28,883 nucleotides of DNA from the NCBI GenBank assembly GCA_965662235.1, contig CBFIGY010000036.1, forward strand, positions 1 to 28,883, written 5' to 3'. The notes beneath the pieces are model-generated. The model made no database searches. It saw only the letters and a list, made by a program, of their open reading frames with translations, and had not been told where the DNA came from. A program made the translations under genes and the position numbers. The stretch comes from an uncultured bacterium (GTDB taxonomy: Bacteria; SAR324; NAC60-12). Positions 9,573 to 16,416 of this stretch are shown here, in pieces (position 1 is the stretch's first letter; every line of letters starts with the position of its first letter).

Positions 9573-10013
9573 ATGTCAAAAACAAAACGCAATCAGGCGC
9601 CTTCTCGTTCCCAGCAACGGCGTCAGCAGGCTCAGCTTCTGGTGGTGATCACCAGCGTGGTGATCTTAGCCGCTGGGTTCTGGTTATGGATGGGATTTGA
9701 GCCCGAAGACACGGACCTTTCTGCCATTGGGCAGGGGGAGAACATTGTGGTACAGATCCATGACCCTGGCTGAAGCCTCTGCCGTGAGCTCAAGCGAGTG
9801 GTCCACTCGCTCCAACCTGAATACGAAGGCCGCATCCGTTTCATCATCGCCGGCCTGAACACGCCAGAAGGTCGGGCCTTTGCGCAGCTGAACAACGTCA
9901 GCAACGTCACCCTGCTCTTCTTCAAACCAGACGGAACCCGGATTGCCACCCTCACCGGACCGCAGGAGCCGGATTACCTGCGCCGTGCCTTTGATCGGGC
10001 CTTCCGGCTGTAG
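9573..10013 (+). CDS. Membrane-anchored thioredoxin-like protein, putative selenoprotein (UxxC; TGA 9771-9773 = Sec67; 146 aa)
   Basis: ORFs 9498..9773 and 9798..10013 are in the same frame and separated by one TGA. Readthrough gives VVQIHDPG-U-SLC-RELKRVVHSLQPEYEGRIRFII...TLLFFKPDG, a continuous thioredoxin fold. Basic N-terminus plus TM helix; hairpin downstream of the TGA. Confidence 0.88.
9774..9811 (+). promoter_or_regulatory. Putative bacterial SECIS element
   Basis: Perfect 8-bp stem AGCGAGTG(9793-9800)/CACTCGCT(9804-9811) with apical loop GTC. The loop starts with G-U, and 27 nt separate it from the TGA. Confidence 0.75.
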
Positions 10014-10174
10014 CAAGCCCCCGGCAGCGCTTTGGGAAAACCTTGCTGGCGCTTCCGCATGAGCCTCCGGGCTTCGGCAGCATCCCAACCGCGGCCTCCT
10101 TTGAGGTCGCAGGTCCGGAAGTTGCTGCTTTCCTTAACTCCGCCCCTTGACCACCCCCCATCTGTGAAACAACC

Positions 10175-10669
10175 ATGACGCGCAAACGACTGTTCCGAAT
10201 CCTGCTCCCCCTTTTCAGCCTCAGCCTCCCCGCGGCGGCACAGGCGGAAGATCCACCGCCGGTTGTGGACTTTGGCTTCCTGAGCGGGCAGATGGTTTCG
10301 CGCCTGGCGCTTTCTGCGCTTGAGGCCTGTGAAGCACAGGGGTATGCGGTTTCGGTGGCTGTGATGAACCGAGAGGGGCGGCTGGTGAGCTTTGTTCGCT
10401 CTCCTTTGGCGTCTCCCATGACCGGAGAGATTGCTCAGGGGAAGGCTTACACCTCTGCCCTCACCCAAGCCGCAACGCACCAACTGGAAGGCGCAGAAGG
10501 GGTCTCGTATGCCAACGGCGTGGTGCCCGTCAGAGGAGGCATGCCCATTCAGGCCGCGGGTCGCTTTTATGGCGGTGTAGGTGTTTCCGGAGCACCGTCT
10601 TCAGTGGACCTCGAATGCGCGCAGGCGGGCCTGGACTCGATCCTAGAAGAGCTGGAGTTTTTGGACTGA
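10175..10669 (+). CDS. GlcG/HbpS (Haem_degrading) family heme-binding protein with signal peptide
   Basis: Signal peptide ending AQA; GYAVSVAVMNREG, AQGKAYTS, GGMPI, GGVGVSGAP...D..CAQAG motifs. Confidence 0.92.
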   Translation: MTRKRLFRILLPLFSLSLPAAAQAEDPPPVVDFGFLSGQMVSRLALSALEACEAQGYAVSVAVMNREGRLVSFVRSPLASPMTGEIAQGKAYTSALTQAATHQLEGAEGVSYANGVVPVRGGMPIQAAGRFYGGVGVSGAPSSVDLECAQAGLDSILEELEFLD

Positions 10670-10685
10670 GGGAGGCGAGGGGGAA

Positions 10686-10711
10686 GCCACCAAGCAGGGT
10701 TGCTCGGTGGC
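10686..10711. terminator. Hairpin between convergent glcG/hbpS-like gene and rplC (possible terminator)
   Basis: GCCACC-a-AGCA-gggt-TGCT-c-GGTGGC; no poly-U tail. Confidence 0.4.
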
Positions 10712-10725
10712 AGCGATCCGGAGGA

Positions 10726-11349
10726 TCAGCGAGTGGACTTGGCGATGGTGATCAGGCCACCGTTCGGGCCCGGAATGGCTCCCTTGATCAGGATCGCGTT
10801 GTGCTCCGGCATGACGCGGACCACCTGCAGGCCAATTTCAGTGACCGTGGTGTTTCCGTACTGACCAGCCATTTTCTTGCCCTTGAACACGCGGGCTGGG
10901 AAGGCACACTGACCAATGGCACCCGTCGAGCGCTTTCCGCGTCGGTGTCCGTGCGAAGCCGGGTAACCTCCGAAGCCGTGACGCTTGACCACACCCGTGA
11001 AGCCGCGACCCTTGGACTTTCCTGTGATCTTGACCTTCTCACCAGCATTGAAGAGGGAGACGTCAAACACCTGTCCCACTTCAACTTGGTCAATGTCTTC
11101 CACCTGGAATTCCTTCAGAAACCGCATCGCAGGCTGTCCCTTGAAGTGTCCCTTCATCGGCTTGTTGAGCTTGCGCTCCGGAATCGGCTCAAACCCAACC
11201 TGAGCTCGGTTGACGCCATCTTTCTCTGCCGTGCGCTTCTGAATCACCGTGACGGGGCCCGCTTCCAATACGGTGACGGGGATGACGGTGCCGTCCTCCT
11301 CAAAAATTTGGGTCATCCCGACCTTGCGGGCAAGCAATCCGTTGATCAT
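10726..11349 (-). CDS. rplC: 50S ribosomal protein L3
   Basis: KVGMTQIF, PVTVLEAGP, GKSKGRGFTGVVKRHGF, RVFKGKKMAGQYG, IKGAIPGPNG; 207 aa. Confidence 0.98.
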   Translation of the reverse strand: MINGLLARKVGMTQIFEEDGTVIPVTVLEAGPVTVIQKRTAEKDGVNRAQVGFEPIPERKLNKPMKGHFKGQPAMRFLKEFQVEDIDQVEVGQVFDVSLFNAGEKVKITGKSKGRGFTGVVKRHGFGGYPASHGHRRGKRSTGAIGQCAFPARVFKGKKMAGQYGNTTVTEIGLQVVRVMPEHNAILIKGAIPGPNGGLITIAKSTR

Positions 11350-11359
11350 GTCAGCCTGT

Positions 11360-11403
11360 TTCCACTAGAATAGTATAAAAGCAAACTCACTTTTATAGTG
11401 GAA
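11360..11403. promoter_or_regulatory. AT-rich nested inverted repeat in the rplC/yggU divergent intergenic region
   Basis: TTCCACTA(11360-67)/TAGTGGAA(11396-403) enclosing TATAAAAG(11374-81)-N8-CTTTTATA(11390-97), 10 nt upstream of the rplC ATG. Confidence 0.55.
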
Positions 11404-11463
11404 TTTAAACCCGAGGGCAAGCGCTTTCTCAAGTGCGGCCTGTTAATTGTGGCCTGATCTCGT

Positions 11464-11790
11464 TTGAACACTCCTTCCTCCTCTCCTGCTCCGTGGTCCT
11501 GGAACCAGAAAACGCTGTTGCTGCAGCTACAGGTCCAGCCACGTGCCGCTCGTACCGAGTGGGCGGGCTTGCATGAAAATCGCATCCGCCTCCGCTTGAA
11601 CGCTCCCCCCGTTGAGGGCAAGGCCAACCGCGCCTGCATCGAGTGGGTGGCGAAGAGCTTTTCCGTTCCGAAATCCCGGGTTACAGTAATTCGGGGACAA
11701 AATGCACGGCTCAAGACCGTCGCCATTGACCAACCGGACCCCACGCTTGCCGAGGAGGTGCTGCAGCGCCTCCTGCACCCTGAATCCTGA
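11464..11790 (+). CDS. yggU: DUF167/YggU family protein
   Basis: VQPRA, LNAPPVEGKAN, VPKSRV..IRG..ARLK signature; TTG start uncertain. Confidence 0.92.
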   Translation: MNTPSSSPAPWSWNQKTLLLQLQVQPRAARTEWAGLHENRIRLRLNAPPVEGKANRACIEWVAKSFSVPKSRVTVIRGQNARLKTVAIDQPDPTLAEEVLQRLLHPES

Positions 11791-11796
11791 ACCGTA

Positions 11797-14700
11797 ATGC
11801 GCCTTCCCAGCTTTCTCGGGCTCCTGTGCCTCTTTCCTCTGACGGTCGGGGCCGCGTGCCCCATTACCGGAGGGCTTCCTCCGCAGATGCAGGCCGACCT
11901 GCTCAACGGCCTTTATGAGGAAGGCATCCACCTGTCCGCCTTTGCCGAAGACGCCGCCTGCACCCTCCGGGAAACCCCAGACCATCCCAACCGGGACATT
12001 CTCCGCTACCGTCTGGCGGACGCCTATCAGCGCTTGGGAAACACGGAGCAGGCGCTGGAAACCTATCAGGCGTTTCTCCGTGCTCAGCCAGAAGACGCAA
12101 CGCTTCGTCGGCAGGCGCTGATGGAGGTTCTGGAGCTTCAGATGGCGCGCAAGCAGTACGATGAGGTGCTCACCACCAGCGACCAACTGCTCGCTGCGGA
12201 ACCGGAGCCGGCTCAAGCCGCCCGTGCCTGGTTCCTGAGTGGCAAGTCCCGTTACCTGCAAGCGGCCCAAACGGAAAAAGCCGAGTGGTACCAGGAGGCC
12301 ATTCAACGACTGGAGCAGGCCCGTCCGCTAGAAGCCGATCCGCAGCAGGAACGCCAGACGCTGTTGGGATGGGCCTGGTATGCCCTGGACAATCCGACCT
12401 TTGCGGAACAGGCCTGGCGAGCAGAACTCAACACGCTCGAAAACGATCCGGAAGCTGCCAGCCGCTTGTTTGGGTTGGCTGTCAAGCAGGAACAGCAGCA
12501 ACGTCCCCAGCAGGCCATTCGGCTTTATGAAGAACTCACCACCCGTCACCCGGAGGCTCCAGAGGCCGTGAAGGCATCTTTCCGGAAGGCGGAAACGCGG
12601 TACCGTGCCACCTTGAGTCAGTCGGGAACCCAGGGCATTCCTCCGGAGGCAAGCGACCAGCTGGTGGCGGATTATGAGGCGTACCTTGCCACAGGAGATG
12701 CCGAATTTGCTTCCACCGCCCAGCTGCGTCTGGGCACCCTCCGGGAGCTTCGTGGGGAGCTGGGGTCGGCCTTGGCCGCTTACGAAGCATACCTGACCTC
12801 TGAGGCGGGTCGAAACGACGAAGCCCTGCGCTTCCGAGTGGCTCACCTGTACCGGAAAAACGAACAGCCTCAGCAGGCGCTGAAGCAGTTTCAGGCGTAT
12901 TTGGAAAGCGGTGCTCCGGAACATCGGGCAGACGCGTTTTATGCCATTGGGGTGCTGCAGCAGGAGCAGGGCAACACCCCTGCCGCCATTACCGCCTACG
13001 AGCAGGCTCGCGAGGATACCGCCTACCAAAATCGTCCGGAGCTGCGGCAACTGCTGCTTGGGCTGTACCTGCAAGTAGGAGACTCCGCAGGCCAGCAGCG
13101 ACTCCTTGAAGAGCAGGCGACGGCCGACAACGCCTCTGTGGAAGACCGCCAGCAGAGTCAGTTTCAGCTGATCACCCTGTTGCACCAGCGGGACGACTGC
13201 ACCGGCGTTCTGAAGCGCCTCACGGATCTTCCGGACGACCATCCTCAGCGTGCAGAACTGCTCTTCATGCGGGGCGATTGCCACTTCCGACAGAAGCAGT
13301 GGGAACCTGCAGTAGCAGACCTCCTCCCTCTTCGCGGGCAAGCCCCCCACGCCCGTGAGTCGTTTCGCATGCGCCTGACCGCCTTTCGGGAGCTGGAGCG
13401 CTGGGTGGATGTAGCTGAGGAGATGCGGCTGGCTCTTGAGCAAAAGGCTGATGTGCTGACCGGAGACGACTTCCGTCTCTGGATTGAGGCCCTGAAGAAG
13501 ACCGAGCAGTGGGAACAGGCCGATGCGACCTATCAGTTCTGGCAACGTCTTGCGCCCGTGACGTTTTCCAACCCTCAACTGCTGCTGGAGTGGACCGAGG
13601 TGCTCGAGCGCCTGGACCAGCCGGAGCGCCTGGAACGTCACTACAAGGACCTGCTCCGGATTGCTGAGAAACCGGAGGTGCAGAAAGACATCATCCGTCG
13701 GCTGGCCGGCCTCTATTCGCAGTCCGGACGCTACGACCTTTTGGCGCAGCTCTATGAGTATGAGCTGCTCCCGTTGCAGAAAACTGAGGAAGAGCAGCGT
13801 CAGACCTATTACACCCTTGCGGAGCTCTGTCTGGAGCAGCTGACGGCTTCCGGGTGTGCTGAGATCTGGCTGAAGAAGACGGACGCCGGCGGTACTTCTG
13901 AGCTGGAACTCTCTGCAGCATGGACCCTGAGTCAACTGGAAGAGCGGGCCGGACAGAATGATGCTGCCCTGAAGCGTCTCCAAGACCTCGCAAGCCGTCC
14001 GCTTCCGGAGCTTTGGGCGGCTCGGGTGCACTTCCGGGTGGGGGTCCTGCACCAGAAGAAGATGCAGTGGACAGAGGCGGTGGCTGCTTATGAAAAGGTG
14101 GTGGCCACACAGGTGAAAACCGAGCCTGCGCCTGAACTCAGGAAGGAAGCAGAGGCCCAGCTTCAGGCGATTCAGCAAAATCAGTCGGACCAGGAACTGC
14201 AGGCCCTCATTGATCAGCAGGACTGGCCCGGAGTGACTGCAAGGTTGCGGGCAGACTTCCAGTCTGGAAAACGGGAGCGGACCCCCACTTCAACACGACT
14301 GCTGCTGGATGCTGAAATTCAGAGTGAGAACTGGGAAGGGGTCAGTGAGACCATCCGGACCGAGGTGGAAGCCGGACGAATGAAGCTGGATGAGGCGCTG
14401 CTGCAAACCCTCGTTTTTGCCGAAAATCAGAAAACAGGAAAGGCCCGCAGCGAAGGCGTGCTGGGGGCGTATGCGCTGTTTGAGGAAAAGAATCCGGAGC
14501 AGGCGGGCACCGTGCCGATGCTGCTGGAACAGGCGCAGGCTGCTGAAAGCCTAGGGGGACGTCGCAAGGCAAAGGCGCTTTATGAGCAGGCTTTGGAAAA
14601 AACGGGTGCAGAGGACCTTCCACTGAGCCTGTCAATTGGAGCCCAGCTGGAACGTCTCTATGAAGATGAAGGCTACACGCAGGGCAAGGCGGAGCTGTAT

Positions 14701-15177
14701 GACACGCTTTACCGGCTACTGGAAAAGGAGTCGGGACAGGCCAACACGCGTCGCGGGTACGCCGTGAAGCTGGCGATGCTGCTGCAAAGCGAGTTCAAAC
14801 GGAATGATCTGGCACTGGAGTGGTACGGGAAGGCGGACGAAGGCGGGGTGAGCGATCAGGAACTCTTTGGGGTGCTTTCTGCTGCCGCGCTGGAGTCACA
14901 AATGGAGAAGCTGGATGCGGCTCGACGACGACTGCAGGAGGCGTCTCGGCGTGACCTTCCGCAAACCTCGCCTTACTACGTCCAACTGCACTTTCAGCTG
15001 GCGCAGGTGCTGCAGATGCAGGAGCAGTGGCAGCCCGCGTTGGAGCAGTATCAGCGTGTGCTGCAGGCTCCGGAGTCTGCTGTCAATCAAAGTTATCAGG
15101 CCAATGCCGGACAGCGGGCCAAGGAGATTGAGAGCTACCTCAACGAGCTGAAGAAAACGGCTCCTGAGAAGAGCTAG
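11797..15177 (+). CDS. Large exported tetratricopeptide-repeat protein (1126 aa)
   Basis: N-terminal signal-like segment and many TPR units (e.g. YRLADAYQRLGNTEQALETYQAFL; FQLAQVLQMQEQWQPALEQYQRVL). No catalytic domain recognised. Confidence 0.85.
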   Translation: MRLPSFLGLLCLFPLTVGAACPITGGLPPQMQADLLNGLYEEGIHLSAFAEDAACTLRETPDHPNRDILRYRLADAYQRLGNTEQALETYQAFLRAQPEDATLRRQALMEVLELQMARKQYDEVLTTSDQLLAAEPEPAQAARAWFLSGKSRYLQAAQTEKAEWYQEAIQRLEQARPLEADPQQERQTLLGWAWYALDNPTFAEQAWRAELNTLENDPEAASRLFGLAVKQEQQQRPQQAIRLYEELTTRHPEAPEAVKASFRKAETRYRATLSQSGTQGIPPEASDQLVADYEAYLATGDAEFASTAQLRLGTLRELRGELGSALAAYEAYLTSEAGRNDEALRFRVAHLYRKNEQPQQALKQFQAYLESGAPEHRADAFYAIGVLQQEQGNTPAAITAYEQAREDTAYQNRPELRQLLLGLYLQVGDSAGQQRLLEEQATADNASVEDRQQSQFQLITLLHQRDDCTGVLKRLTDLPDDHPQRAELLFMRGDCHFRQKQWEPAVADLLPLRGQAPHARESFRMRLTAFRELERWVDVAEEMRLALEQKADVLTGDDFRLWIEALKKTEQWEQADATYQFWQRLAPVTFSNPQLLLEWTEVLERLDQPERLERHYKDLLRIAEKPEVQKDIIRRLAGLYSQSGRYDLLAQLYEYELLPLQKTEEEQRQTYYTLAELCLEQLTASGCAEIWLKKTDAGGTSELELSAAWTLSQLEERAGQNDAALKRLQDLASRPLPELWAARVHFRVGVLHQKKMQWTEAVAAYEKVVATQVKTEPAPELRKEAEAQLQAIQQNQSDQELQALIDQQDWPGVTARLRADFQSGKRERTPTSTRLLLDAEIQSENWEGVSETIRTEVEAGRMKLDEALLQTLVFAENQKTGKARSEGVLGAYALFEEKNPEQAGTVPMLLEQAQAAESLGGRRKAKALYEQALEKTGAEDLPLSLSIGAQLERLYEDEGYTQGKAELYDTLYRLLEKESGQANTRRGYAVKLAMLLQSEFKRNDLALEWYGKADEGGVSDQELFGVLSAAALESQMEKLDAARRRLQEASRRDLPQTSPYYVQLHFQLAQVLQMQEQWQPALEQYQRVLQAPESAVNQSYQANAGQRAKEIESYLNELKKTAPEKS

Positions 15178-15392
15178 GCTTCGTTGTCAAAGAGAGGAAG
15201 TTGATCAGAAGAGGCGTCCTCGGCACGAGGCGAGGCTTCCGGAACTGTGGGCTCGTAAGGCGCCACCTGGCTTCCTTTGAAGCGAGGGGCTTCTCGCTGA
15301 GCGAGCGCTTCTGAGGTGCAGAGCACTCGAGGCTCGCGGGCTCGGGTGCCATCAGGAAGGGAGTGAAAGACTCCCCAAAGGGACGGGGTCAT
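15174..15392 (-). CDS. Small hypothetical protein (72 aa) ending in QLPLF motif
   Basis: ATGA overlap with the upstream peptidase stop; exactly fills the gap to the convergent TPR gene (shared CTAG). Confidence 0.55.
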   Translation of the reverse strand: MTPSLWGVFHSLPDGTRAREPRVLCTSEALAQREAPRFKGSQVAPYEPTVPEASPRAEDASSDQLPLFDNEA

Positions 15393-16390
15393 GAGTAGGT
15401 CTCGCGGTAGCTTTTCCAGATGCCTGCTGAAGCGGCTTCGTACACCCCACGGGCAATGGCTCGGGCCACACAGTCCGCCGCCATCAGTCCCAAGCGCCCC
15501 ACATCCAATGCCGGAAAGTCTCCCAACGTCTGGGTGCCGGTTGCCAGCACAAACACGGTGTCTCCGTCAAAGGGCGTGTGTACCGGCCGGATGGCTCGGG
15601 CAAAGCCGTCTTGCGCCATGATGGCTACCCGCTTGGCCTGTGCTCGGTTGAGGCGGGCATTGGTGCCCACGACACACAGTGTGGTGTTGGCTCCTTCCTG
15701 AAACGGGCTTTCGAAGTCAAAATCCAACTCCAACTCTCCCTCTGGGACCGGAGGACGCCGGCCGCCCAGTTCCCCTTGACGCTCAAAGGGCCACGCCCAG
15801 AACTCCGGACGGTGGGGCAGCGTAACGGAACCAAACGGATTGGCCACGGCCAGTGCACCGACGGTCCATCCGGACTCATGGGTCAGGGACGCGGTGCCGA
15901 GTCCTCCCTTCAGGGTGCCGGCTTTGGCGCCAGTTCCAGCACCGGCGGTTCCCAGCGCAAACTCAAGTCCTGCCGATTCGACCGCTTGGCGAGCCAACTG
16001 AGCATAAACCTGCTCACGGATGAGGGTTTTGTCGCCGCCGTTGTTGAGGTCAAAGAGGATGGCGGAAGGAACAATGGGAACCACCTGCCCTGCCCCCACC
16101 GGAAAGCCTCGCTCGTGTTCCCGGAGCCAGTGAGCGACCCCGTTGGCGGCTTCCAGCCCCATGGCCGAGCCTCCGCTGAGGACGATGGCGTGCACGACCT
16201 CCACAAGGTTTTCTGGCTGCAGCGCGTCGGTCTCTCGCGTGCCTGGACCGCCTCCGCGGCAATCAACGGCGGCCACAGCAGGGTGTTCCGGAAGCACAAC
16301 GGTGACGCCGCTGAGGAGGTCGTGGGACTCCGCGTTCCCGACCCGAAGGCCGGGGACATCGGTGAGGCTGTTGCGTGGTCCCGGATGCAT
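15389..16390 (-). CDS. P1/S58 family peptidase (DmpA/NylC-like self-processing hydrolase)
   Basis: NSLTDVPGLRVG, RGGGPGTRET, LSGGSAMGL, VPIVPSAILFDL, KGGLGTAS, NTT, QDGFARAIRPVHTPFDGDTVF. Start taken at ATG 16390 (the track gives 16402). Confidence 0.93.
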   Translation of the reverse strand: MHPGPRNSLTDVPGLRVGNAESHDLLSGVTVVLPEHPAVAAVDCRGGGPGTRETDALQPENLVEVVHAIVLSGGSAMGLEAANGVAHWLREHERGFPVGAGQVVPIVPSAILFDLNNGGDKTLIREQVYAQLARQAVESAGLEFALGTAGAGTGAKAGTLKGGLGTASLTHESGWTVGALAVANPFGSVTLPHRPEFWAWPFERQGELGGRRPPVPEGELELDFDFESPFQEGANTTLCVVGTNARLNRAQAKRVAIMAQDGFARAIRPVHTPFDGDTVFVLATGTQTLGDFPALDVGRLGLMAADCVARAIARGVYEAASAGIWKSYRETYS

Positions 16391-16416
16391 GTTACCCCGC
16401 AACTCAGAAGGAGGGA

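Noticed and set aside
9498..10013. Thioredoxin pseudogene or two separate small ORFs
   Set aside because: The single stop is TGA exactly at the catalytic Cys position, with a SECIS-like hairpin and no other lesions; Sec recoding explains it better.
11788..11799. In-frame TGA between yggU and the TPR gene (possible readthrough fusion)
   Set aside because: YggU is complete before the TGA, there is no redox motif, and the TPR gene has its own ATG and signal-like N-terminus.
12328..14178. 616-aa antisense ORF (and similar long shadows such as 1886..2896, 2917..3927, 10615..11373, 15578..16420)
   Set aside because: Antisense shadows of well-supported genes in GC-rich DNA, with no domain signatures.
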